A stretch of DNA of 64,000 nucleotides, taken from contig CAXIUT010000073.1 in assembly GCA_964035545.1 (NCBI GenBank), positions 186,001-250,000 on the forward strand, given 5' to 3'. Below are positions 1 to 12,101 of this stretch, piece by piece; the first letter of the stretch is position 1; each line of letters starts with the position of its first letter. The notes under the pieces are model-generated. The model was not told the origin of the DNA, ran no database searches, and was given only the letters and a program-made list of their open reading frames with translations. This DNA is from Bugula neritina (lineage: Eukaryota > Animalia > Bryozoa). The position numbers and the translations under genes are program-made.

Positions 1-629
1 TCATCTGCAGCGCCATTTCACAGTGTTATATTTTTCTAGAGTAATAACTAATTTTAGATGCCTTTGCAAACATATGAGAAATAAATGAGTCATTTTATGA
101 AAAGAGGTGTTTGCAGCAGTTGTCGACTTTTGATTTAGACGCGTCATGGAAACTTTTGTAGTTTTAAATAATATCTCCAAACTCATCACTTGCATGTGTT
201 TATATACTTGATAAAGTTTTTCATGCAAAACTTGATGCCTGCTTCAAAGACACCAGTGCTTAAAACTGTGTTAACTGTATTGGCACGTTGCCATGAGATA
301 TTTGGTTATATTTAGCATCACAACATACTCTTCAGAAAGTTAAGAAAATCAGTCTATAGAAAGTTAATGAAATAAACCTACCAGAGAGAGTAAGCCAGAT
401 GTAACAAGTAGATCCAAAACAAGTTGATTAACAATTGAAGTTGAATTCTCCATGTAGTGAATACTTTAGTCCTAATGTCAAATGCAAACGTCTGCAACCA
501 AATTGTGTAGACTTCATGAGCTGGTTAGCTGACAGGACTCATTAAAGTTCTTAACTGTTGTGTGTATAGTGATGCCCATCTTGAACTAGAGAGGGCTGAC
601 TGAAGACTGCTACCTACTTTGTGAAAATT

Positions 630-701
630 GACAATGCATATTATTATTATTCATTGTTGAGATTCACGACTGCCATAAACAATGATAAAATATTCATTGT
701 T
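630..701. promoter_or_regulatory. Cluster of four SOX/HMG-box-type heptamers in alternating orientation, in each monomer
   Basis: GACAATG 630-636, CATTGTT 652-658, AACAATG 678-684 and CATTGTT 695-701. The AT-rich context raises the chance of random matches. Confidence 0.35.
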
Positions 702-1132
702 GGTACTACTGAGTAGAATAAAATATAATATAATATTATTCTCTGGACAGATAAACAATATCAAATGCATATTATAACATTACCATAAATCTACGGCGCT
801 TCACATCTTCACTTTTTTCTGCAATGTTATTTCTTTGCAGTTAGAAGTACTAGCTGAATATATGACTATGAAACATAACCCTTCAATTTCATTGCACCAG
901 CACCGATTTCAATATAGGTGTGTTGGGAGTTATCTTTCCTAAAGTTTTGTTCTTGGTGTTTATTCGAAGCAGACACAGGCTAATATTAGTTTTGTTATTT
1001 GCAAGAGTTTTTCTGTCTGATTGTCCATCAGCAAAAGTTTGCGCCTTGCAGTTATTATGGAAATACCAGTGATGCTGGAAGACCTTTGCATTGTACACCC
1101 GCCTTTACTATTGAATTTAGATGTTTTATTTT

Positions 1133-1161
1133 CCCATCCCCTCTCCTGCCCCCCTGTCCCC
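1133..1161 (-). other. G-quadruplex-forming motif (i-motif-like C tract on the + strand), about one per monomer
   Basis: The minus strand reads GGGGACAGGGGGGCAGGAGAGGGGATGGG, matching G3+N1-7 x4. It is the only G/C-run-rich patch in the unit. Folding was not tested. Confidence 0.65.
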
Positions 1162-1179
1162 TCTAACAACCAGCAATCC

Positions 1180-1441
1180 TGACTCATGTGAAATGTGTTA
1201 TTAAGTTTTAGAGTTGGACCATGGGCCTACAGTATACGATTTGAAGCTTTATAGTTTACAGGCAGTGGAGATGAGTCACTGCTGAAACCCATTTTATTAG
1301 TAGACTATATTGCTCTTCAATCATCAGTTTGCATATTAAAACAGAAAGCTCATCTGCAGCGCCATTTCACAGTGTTAAATTTTGCTAGAGTAAAAATTAA
1401 TTTTAGATGCCTTTGCAAACATATGAGAAATAAATGAGTCA
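1180..1441. promoter_or_regulatory. Cluster of three perfect AP-1/GCN4-type bZIP motifs (TGASTCA), repeated at most unit junctions
   Basis: TGACTCA at 1180-1186, TGAGTCA at 1272-1278 and ATGAGTCAT at 1434-1442 (unit position 85-93). The motifs are certainly present, but function is unproven. Confidence 0.4.
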
Positions 1442-4400
1442 TTTTATGAAAAGAGGTGTTTGCAGCAGTTGTCCACTTTTGATTTAGACGCGTCATGGAA
1501 ACTTTTGTAGTTTTAAATAATATCTCCAAACTCATCACTTGCATGTGTTTATATACTTGATAAAGTTTTTCATGCAAAACTTGATGCCTGCTTCAAAGAC
1601 ACCAGTGCTTAAAACTGTGTTAACTGTATTGGCACGTTGCCATGAGATATTTGGTTATATTTAGCATCACAACATACTCTTCAGAAAGTTAAGAAAATCA
1701 GTCTATAGAAAGTTAATGAAATAAACCTACCAGAGAGAGTAAGCCAGATGTAACAAGTAGATCCAAAACAAGTTGATTAACAATTGAAGTTGAATTCTCC
1801 ATGTAGTGTATACTTTAGTCCTAATGTCAAATGCAAACGTCTGCAACCAAATTGTGTAGACTTCATGAGCTGGTTAGCTGACAGGACTCATTAAAGTTCT
1901 TAACTGTTGTGTGTATAGTGATGCCCATCTTGAACTAGAGAGGGCTGACGGAAGACTGCTACTTTGTGAAAATTGACAATGCATATTATTATTATTCATT
2001 GTTGAGATTCACGACTGCCATAAACAATGATAAAATATTCATTGTTGGTACTACTGAGTAGAATAAAATATAATATAATATTATTCTCTGGACAGATAAA
2101 CAATATCAAATGCATATTATAGCATTACCATAAATCTACGGCGCTTCACATCTTCACTTTTTTCTGCAATGTTATTTCTTTGCAGTTAGAAGTACTAGCT
2201 GAATATATGACTATGAAACATAACCCTTCAATTTCATTGCACCAGCACCGATTTCAATGTAGGTGTGTTGGGAGTTATCTTTCCTAAATTTTTGTTCTTG
2301 GCAATTATACGAAACAGACACAGGCTAATATTAGTTTTGTTATTTGCAAGAGTTTTTCTGTCTGATTGTCCATCAGCAAAAGTTTGCGCCTTCCCGTTAT
2401 TATGGAAATTTCAGTGCTGCTGGAAGACCTTTGCATTGTACACCCGCCTTTACTATTGAATTTAGATGTTTTATTTTCCCATCCCCTCTCCTGCCCCCCT
2501 GTCCCCTCTAACAACCAGCAATCCTGACTCATGCGAAATGTGTTATTAAGTTTTAGAGTTGGACCATGGGCCGACAGTATACGATTTGAAGCTTTATAGT
2601 TTACAGGCAGTGGAGATGAGTCACTGCTGAAACCCATTTTATTAGTAGACTATATTGCTCTTCAATCATCAGTTTTCATATTCAAAAAGAAAGCTCATCT
2701 GCAGCGCCATTTCACAGTGTTATATTTTTCTAGAGTAATAACTAATTTTAGATGCCTTTGCAAACATATGAGAAATAAATGAGTCATTTTATGAAAAGAG
2801 GTGTTTGCAGCAGTTGTCCACTTTTGATTTAGACGCGTCATGGAAACTTTTGTAGTTTTAAATAATATCTCCAAACTCATCACTTGCATGTGTTTATATA
2901 CTTGATAAAGTTTTTCATGCAAAACTTGATGCCTGCTTCAAAGACACCAGTGCTTAAAACTGTGTTAACTGTATTGGCACGTTGCCATGAGATATTTGGT
3001 AATATTTAGCATCACAACATACTCTTCAGAAAGTTAAGAAAATCAGTCTATAGAAAGTTAATGAAATAAACCTACCAGAGAGAGTAAGCCAGATGTAACA
3101 AGTAGATCCAAAACAAGTTGATTGACAATTGAAGTTGAATTCTCCATGTAGTGAATACTTTAGTCCTAATGTCAAATGCAAACGTCTGCAACCAAATTGT
3201 GTAGACTTCATGAGCTGGTTAGCTGACAGGACTCATTAAAGTTCTTAACTCTTGTGTGTATAGTGATGCCCATCTTGAACTAGAGAGGGCTGACTGAAGA
3301 CTGCTACTTTGTGAAAATTGACAATGCATATTATTATTATTCATTGTTGAGATTCACGACTGCCATAAACAATGATAAAATATTCATTGTTGGTACTACT
3401 GAGTAGAATAAAATATAATATAATATTATTCTCTGGACAGATAAACAATATCAAATGCATATTATAACATTACCATAAATCTACGGCGCTTCACATCTTC
3501 ACTTTTTTCTGCAATGTTATTTCTTTGCAGTTAGAAGTACTAGCTGAATATATGACTATGAAACATAACCCTTCAATTTCATTGCACCAGCACCGATTTC
3601 AATATAGGTGTGTTGGGAGTTATCTTTCCTAAAGTTTTGTTCTTGGTGTTTATTCGAAGCAGACACAGGCTAATATTAGTTTTGTTATTTGCAAGAGTTT
3701 TTCTGTCTGATTGTCCATCAGCAAAAGTTTGCGCCTTGCAGTTATTATGGAAATACCAGTGATGCTGGAAGACCTTTGCATTGTACACCCGCCTTTACTA
3801 TTGAATTTAGATGTTTTATTTTCCCATCCCCTCTCCTGCCCCCCTGTCCCCTCTAACAACCAGCAATCCTGACTCATGTGAAATGTGTTATTAAGTTTTA
3901 GAGTTGGACCATGGGCCGACAGTATACGATTTGAAGCTTTATAGTTTACAGGCAGTGGAGATGAGTCACTGCTGAAACCCATTTTATTAGTAGACTATAT
4001 TGCTCTTCAATCATCAGTTTTCATATTCAAAGAGAAAGCTCATCTGCAGCGCCATTTCACAGTGTTATATTTTGCTAGAGTAATAACTAATTTTAGATGC
4101 CTTTGCAAACATATGAGAAATAAATGAGTCATTTTATGAAAAGAGGTGTTTGCAGCAGTTGTCCACTTTTGATTTAGACGCGTCATGGAAACTTTTGTAG
4201 TTTTAAATAATATCTCCAAACTCATCACTTGCATGTGTTTATATACTTGATAAAGTTTTTCATGCAAAACTTGATGCCTGCTTCAAAGACACCAGTGCTT
4301 AAAACTGTGTTAACTGTATTGGCACGTTGCCATAAGATATTTGGTAATATTTCGCATCACAACAAACTCTTCAGAAAGTTAAGAAATTCAGTGTAGAAAG

Positions 4401-7400
4401 TTACTGAAATAAACCTACCAGAGAGAGTAAGCCAGATGTAACAAGTAGATCCAAAACAAGTTGATTAACAATTGAAGTTGAATTCTCCATGTAGTGAATA
4501 CTTTAGTCCTAATGTCAAATGCAAACGTCTGCAACCAAATTGTATAGACTTCATGAGCTGGTTAGCTGACAGGACTCATTAAAGTTCTTAACTCTTGTGT
4601 GTATAGTGATGCCCATCTTGAACTAGAGAGGGCTGACTGAAGACTGCTACTTTGTGAAAATTGACAATGCATATTATTATTATTCATTGTTGAGATTCAC
4701 GACTGCCATAAACAATGATAAAATATTCATTGTTGGTACTACTGAGTAGAATAAAATATAATATAATATTATTCTCTGGACAGATAAACAATATCAAATG
4801 CATAATATAACATTACCATAAATCTACGGCGCTTCACATCTTCACCTTTTTCTGCAATGTTACTTCTTTGCAGTTAGAAGTACTAGCTGAATATATGACT
4901 ATGAAACATAACCCTTCAATTTCATTGCACCAGCACCGATTTCAATATAGGTGTGTTGGGAGTTATCTTTCCTAAAGTTTTGTTCTTGGTGTTTATACGA
5001 AGCAGACACAGGCTAATATTAGTTTTGTTATTTGCAAGAGTTTTTCTGTCTGATTGTCCATCAGCAAAAGTTTGCGCCTTGCAGTTATTATGGAAATACC
5101 AGTGATGCTGGAAGACCTTTGCATTGTACACCCGCCTTTACTATTGAATTTAGATGTTTTATTTTCCCATCCCCTCTCCTGCCCCCCTGTCCCCTCTAAC
5201 AACCAGCAATCCTGACTCATGTGAAATGTGTTATTAAGTTTTAGAGTTGGACCATGGGCCTACAGTATACGATTTGAAGCTTTATAGTTTACAGGCAGTG
5301 GAGATGAGTCACTGCTGAAACCCATTTTATTAGTAGACTATATTGCTCTTCAATCATCAGTTTGCATATTAAAACAGAAAGCTCATCTGCAGCGCCATTT
5401 CACAGTGTTAAATTTTGCTAGAGTAAAAATTAATTTTAGATGCCTTTGCAAACATATGAGAAATAAATGAGTCATTTTATGAAAAGAGGTGTTTGCAGCA
5501 GTTGTCCACTTTTGATTTAGACGCGTCATGGAAACTTTTGTAGTTTTAAATAATATCTCCAAACTCATCACTTGCATGTGTTTATATACTTGATAAAGTT
5601 TTTCATGCAAAACTTGATGCCTGCTTCAAAGACACCAGTGCTTAAAACTGTGTTAACTGTATTGGCACGTTGCCATGAGATATTTGGTTATATTTAGCAT
5701 CACAACAAACTCTTCAGAAAGTTAAGAAAATCAGTCTATAGAAAGTTAATGAAATAAACCTACCAGAGAGAGTAAGCCAGATGTAACAAGTAGATCCAAA
5801 ACAAGTTGATTAACAATTGAAGTTGAATTCTCCATGTAGTGAATACTTTAGTCCTAATGTCAAATGCAAACGTCTGCAACCAAATTGTGTAGACTTCATG
5901 AGCTGGTTAGCTGACAGGACTCATTAAAGTTCTTAACTGTTGTGTGTATAGTGATGCCCATCTTGAACTAGAGAGGGCTGACGGAAGACTGCTACTTTGT
6001 GAAAATTGACAATGCATATTATTATTATTCATTGTTGAGATTCACGACTGCCATAAACAATGATAAAATATTCATTGTTGGTACTACTGAGTAGAATAAA
6101 ATATATTATAATATTATTCTCTGGACAGATAAACAATATCAAATGCATATTATAACATTACCATAAATCTACGGCGCTTCACATCTTCACTTTTTTCTGC
6201 AATGTTATTTCTTTGCAGTTAGAAGTACTAGCTGAATATATGACTATGAAACATAACCCTTCAATTTCATTGCACCAGCACCGATTTCAATATAGGTGTG
6301 TTGGGAGTTATCTTTCCTAAAGTTTTGTTCTTGGTGTTTATACGAAGCAGACACAGGCTAATATTAGTTTTGTTATTTGCAAGAGTTTTTCTGTCTGATT
6401 GTCCATCAGCAAAAGTTTGCGCCTTGCAGTTATTATGGAAATACCAGTGATGCTGGAAGACCTTTGCATTGTACACCCGCCTTTACTATTGAATTTAGAT
6501 GTTTTATTTTCCCATCCCCTCTCCTGCCCCCCTGTCCCCTCTAACAACCAGCAATCCTGACTCATGTGAAATGTGTTATTTAGTTTTAGAGTTGGACCAT
6601 GGGCCTACAGTATACGATTTGAAGCTTTATAGTTTACAGGCAGTGGAGATGAGTCACTGCTGAAACCCATTTTATTAGTAGACTATATTGCTCTTCAATC
6701 ATCAGTTTGCATATTAAAACAGAAAGCTCATCTGCAGCGCCATTTCACAGTGTTAAATTTTGCTAGAGTAAAAATTAATTTTAGATGCCTTTGCAAACAT
6801 ATGAGAAATAAATGAGTCATTTTATGAAAAGAGGTGTTTGCAGCAGTTGTCCACTTTTGATTTAGACGCGTCATGGAAACTTTTGTAGTTTTAAATAATA
6901 TCTCCAAACTCATCACTTGCATGTGTTTATATACTTGATAAAGTTTTTAATGCAAAACTTGATGCCTGCTTCAAAGACACCAGTGCTTAAAACTGTGTTA
7001 ACTGTATTGGCACGTTGCCATGAGATATTTGGTTATATTTAGCATCACAACATACTCTTCAGAAAGTTAAGAAAATCAGTCTATAGAAAGTTAATGAAAT
7101 AAACCTACCAGAGAGAGTAAGCCAGATGTAACAAGTAGATCCAAAACAAGTTGATTAACAATTGAAGTTGAATTCTCCATGTAGTGAATACTTTAGTCCT
7201 AATGTCAAATGCAAACGTCTGCAACCAAATTGTGTAGACTTCATGAGCTGGTTAGCTGACAGGACTCATTAAAGTTCTTAACTGTTGTGTGTATAGTGAT
7301 GCCCATCTTGAACTAGAGAGGGCTGACGGAAGACTGCTACTTTGTGAAAATTGACAATGCATATTATTATTATTCATTGTTGAGATTCACGACTGCCATA

Positions 7401-10400
7401 AACAATGATAAAATATTCATTGTTGGTACTACTGAGTAGAATAAAATATATTATAATATTATTCTCTGGACAGATAAACAATATCAAATGCATATTATAA
7501 CATTACCATAAATCTACGGCGCTTCACATCTTCACTTTTTTCTGCAATGTTATTTCTTTGCAGTTAGAAGTACTAGCTGAATATATGACTATGAAACATA
7601 ACCCTTCAATTTCATTGCACCAGCACCGATTTCAATGTAGGTGTGTTGGGAGTTATCTTTCCTAAATTTTTGTTCTTGGCAATTATACGAAACAGACACA
7701 GGCTAATATTAGTTTTGTTATTTGCAAGAGTTTTTCTGTCTGATTGTGCATCAGCAAAAGTTTGCGCCTTCCCGTTATTATGGAAATTCCAGTGCTGCTG
7801 GAAGACCTTTGCATTGTACACCCGCCTTTACTATTGAATTTAGATGTTTTATTTTCCCATCCCCTCTCCTGCCCCCCTGTCCCCTCTAACAACCAGCAAT
7901 CCTGACTCATGCGAAATGTGTTATTGTTCTAGAGTTGGCCCATGGGCCTACAGTATACGATTTGAAGCTTTATAGTTTACAGGCAGTGGAGATGAGTCAC
8001 TGCTGAAACCCATTTTATTAGTAGACTATATTGCTCTTCAATCATCAGTTTTCATATTCAAAGAGAAAGCTCATCTGCAGCGCCATTTCACAGTGTTATA
8101 TTTTGCTAGAGTAATAACTTATTTTAGATGCCTTTGCAAACATATGAGAAATAAATGAGTCATTTTATGAAAAGAGGTGTTTGCAGCAGTTGTCCACTTT
8201 TGATTTAGACGCATCATGGAAACTTTTGTAGTTTTAAATAATATCTCCAAACTCATCACTTGCATGTGTTTATATACTTGATAAAGTTTTTCATGCAAAA
8301 CTTGATGCCTGCTTCAAAGACACCAGTGCTTAAAACTGTGTTAACTGTATTGGCACGTTGCCATCAGATATTGGGTTATATTTAGCATCACAACATACTC
8401 TTCAGAAAGTTAAGAAAATCAGTCTATAGAAAGTTAATGAAATAAACCTACCAGAGAGAGTAAGCCAGATGTAACAAGTAGGTCCAAAACAAGTTGATTA
8501 ACAATTGAAGTTGAATTCTCCATGTAGTGAATACTTTAGTCCTAATGTCAAATGCAAACGTCTGCAACCAAATTGTGTAGACTTCATGAGCTGGTTAGCT
8601 GACAGGACTCATTAAAGTTCTTAACTGTTGTGTGTATAGTGATGCCCATCTTGAACTAGAGAGGGCTGACGGAAGACTGCTACTTTGTGAAAATTGACAA
8701 TGCATATTATTATTATTCATTGTTGAGATTCACGACTGCCATAAACAATGATAAAATATTCATTGTTGGTACTACTGAGTAGAATAAAACATAATATAAT
8801 ATTATTCTCTGGACAGATAAACAATATCAAATGCATATTATAACATTACCATAAATCTACGGCGCTTCACATCTTCACTTTTTTCTGCAATGTTATTTCT
8901 TTGCAGTTAGAAGTACTAGCTGAATATATGACTATGAAACATAACCCTTCAATTTCATTGCACCAGCACCGATTTCAATGTAGGTGTGTTGGGAGTTATC
9001 TTTCCTAAATTTTTGTTCTTGGCAATTATACGAAACAGACACAGGCTAATATTAGTTTTGTTATTTGCAAGAGTTTTTCTGTCTGATTGTCCATCAGCAA
9101 AAGTTTGCGCCTTCCCGTTATTATGGAAATTCCAGTGCTGCTGGAAGACCTTTGCATTGTACACCCGCCTTTACTATTGAATTTAGATGTTTTATTTTCC
9201 CATCCCCTCTCCTGCCCCCCTGTCCCCTCTAACAACCAGCAATCCTGACTCATGCGAAATGTGTTATTAAGTTTTAGAGTTGGACCATGGGCCTACAGTA
9301 TACGATTTGAAGCTTTATAGTTTACAGGCAGTGGAGATGAGTCACTGCTGAAACCCATTTTATTAGTAGACTATATTGCTCTTCAATCATCAGTTTTCAT
9401 ATTCAAAGAGAAAGCTCATCTGCAGCGCCATTTCACAGTGTTATATTTTGCTAGAGTAATAACTAATTTTAGATGCCTTTGCAAACATATGAGAAATAAA
9501 TGAGTCATTTTATGAAAAGAGGTGTTTGCAGCAGTTGTCCACTTTTGATTTAGACGCGTCATGGAAACTTTTGTAGTTTTAAATAATATCTCCAAACTCA
9601 TCACTTGCATGTGTTTATATACTTGATAAAGTTTTTCATGCAAAACTTGATGCCTGCTTCAAAGACACCAGTGCTTAAAACTGTGTTAACTGTATTGGCA
9701 CGTTGCCATGAGATATTTGGTTATATTTAGCATCACAACATACTCTTCAGAAAGTTAAGAAAATCAGTCTATAGAAAGTTAATGAAATAAACCTACCAGA
9801 GAGAGTAAGCCAGATGTAACAAGTAGATCCAAAACAAGTTGATTAACAATTGAAGTTGAATTCTCCATGTAGTGAATACTTTAGTCCTAATGTCAAATGC
9901 AAACGTCTGCAACCAAATTGTGTAGACTTCATGAGCTGGTTAGCTGACAGGACTCATTAAAGTTCTTAGCTGTTGTGTGTATAGTGATGCCCATCTTGAA
10001 CTAGAGAGGGCTGACGGAAGACTGCTACTTTGTGAAAATTGACAATGCATATTATTATTATTCATTGTTGAGATTCACGACTGCCATAAACAATGATAAA
10101 ATATTCATTGTTGGTACTACTGAGTAGAATAAAATATAATATAATATTATTCTCTGGACAGATAAACAATATCAAATGCATATTATAACATTACCATAAA
10201 TCTACGGCGCTTCACATCTTCACTTTTTTCTGCAATGTTATTTCTTTGCAGTTAGAAGTACTAGCTGAATATATGACTATGAAACATAACCCTTCAATTT
10301 CATTGCACCAGCACCGATTTCAATGTAGGTGTGTTGGGAGTTATCTTTCCTAAATTTTTGTTCTTGGCAATTATACGAAACAGACACAGGCTAATATTAG

Positions 10401-12101
10401 TTTTGTTATTTGCAAGAGTTTTTCTGTCTGATTGTCCATCAGCAAAAGTTTGCGCCTTCCCGTTATTATGGAAATTCCAGTGCTGCTGGAAGACCTTTGC
10501 ATTGTACACCCGCCTTTACTATTGAATTTAGATGTTTTATTTTCCCATCCCCTCTCCTGCCCCCCTGTCCCCTCTAACAACCAGCAATCCTGACTCATGC
10601 GAAATGTGTTATTGTTCTAGAGTTGGCCCATGGGCCTACAGTATACGATTTGAAGCTTTATAGTTTACAGGCAGTGGAGATGAGTCACTGCTGAAACCCA
10701 TTTTATTAGTAGACTATATTGCTCTTCAATCATCAGTTTTCATATTCAAAGAGAAAGCTCATCTGCAGCGCCATTTCACAGTGTTATATTTTGCTAGAGT
10801 AATAACTAATTTTAGATGCCTTTGCAAACATATGAGAAATAAATGAGTCATTTTATGAAAAGAGGTGTTTGCAGCAGTTGTCCACTTTTGATTTAGACGC
10901 GTCATGGAAACTTTTGTAGTTTTAAATAAGATATCCAAACTCATCACTTGCATGTGTTTATATACTTGATAAAGTTTTTCATGCAAAACTTGATGCCTGC
11001 TTCAAAGACACCAGTGCTTAAAACTGTGTTAACTGTATTGGCACGTTGCCATGAGATATTTGGTTATATTTAGCATCACAACATACTCTTCAGAAAGTTA
11101 AGAAAATCAGTCTATAGAAAGTTAATGAAATAAACCTACCAGAGAGAGTAAGCCAGATGTAACAAGTAGATCCAAAACAAGTTGATTAACAATTGAAGTT
11201 GAATTCTCCATGTAGTGAATACTTTAGTCCTAATGTCAAATGCAAACGTCTGCAACCAAATTGTGTAGACTTCATAAGCTGGTTAGCTGACAGGACTCAT
11301 TAAAGTTCTTAACTGTTGTGTGTATAGTGATGCCCATCTTGAACTAGAGAGGGCTGACGGAAGACTGCTACTTTGTGAAAATTGACAATGCATATTGTTA
11401 TTATTCATTGTTGAGATTCACGACTGCCATAAACAATGATAAAATATTCATTGTTGGTACTACTGAGTAGAATAAAATATATTATAATATTATTCTCTGG
11501 ACAGATAAACAATATCAAATGCATATTATAACATTACCATAAATCTACGGCGCTTCACATCTTCACTTTTTTCTGCAATGTTATTTCTTTGCAGTTAGAA
11601 GTACTAGCTGAATATATGACTATGAAACATAACCCTTCAATTTCATTGCACCAGCACCGATTTCAATGTAGGTGTGTTGGGAGTTATCTTTCCTAAATTT
11701 TTGTTCTTGGCAATTATACGAAACAGACACAGGCTAATATTAGTTTTGTTATTTGCAAGAGTTTTTCTGTCTGATTGTCCATCAGCAAAAGTTTGCGCCT
11801 TCCCGTTATTATGGAAATTCCAGTGCTGCTGGAAGACCTTTGCATTGTACACCCGCCTTTACTATTGAATTTAGATGTTTTATTTTCCCATCCCCTCTCC
11901 TGCCCCCCTGTCCCCTCTAACAACCAGCAATCCTGACTCATGCGAAATGTGTTATTGTTCTAGAGTTGGACCATGGGCCTACAGTATACGATTTGAAGCT
12001 TTATAGTTTACAGGCAGTGGAGATGAGTCACTGCTGAAACCCATTTTATTAGTAGACTATATTGCTCTTCAATCATCAGTTTTCATATTCAAAGAGAAAG
12101 C

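Larger units (their letters stand above)
1..1349. repeat. Reference monomer (unit 1; 1349 bp because of a private CTAC duplication at 610-617)
   Basis: The next unit starts at 1350. Unit 1 reads GACTGCTACCTACTTTG where other copies read GACTGCTACTTTG. Confidence 0.95.

Noticed and set aside
1-228. Recurrent 75-aa minus-strand ORF (MHEKLYQVYKH...)
   Set aside because: No recognisable domain, and recurrence simply reflects the repeat. It is broken by a stop in unit 7, loses its first ATG in unit 6, and many variants are non-synonymous.
250-290. miR-430/427/302-type tandem miRNA cluster
   Set aside because: I found no AAGTGC seed on either strand (only CAGTGC) and no 60-70 nt well-paired hairpin.
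569-712. Box C/D snoRNA (GTGATGC ... CTGA)
   Set aside because: Box C is imperfect, the terminal stem is 3 bp or less, and I see no recognisable rRNA or snRNA guide. It would need an Rfam hit.
80-722. AATAAA poly(A) signals at 80, 371 and 717
   Set aside because: They are expected by chance in AT-rich DNA and have no associated gene.
889-1187. Overlapping 69/75/110-aa minus-strand and 64-aa plus-strand ORFs
   Set aside because: They are short and overlap in several frames, appear or vanish with single SNPs (stops near 37441 and 62821), and have no known motifs.
1-1349. 5S rDNA, tRNA, U snRNA, SL RNA or histone repeat unit
   Set aside because: No recognisable conserved sequence. CATTGCAC (890-897) resembles U1 loop II, but the rest of U1 is absent.
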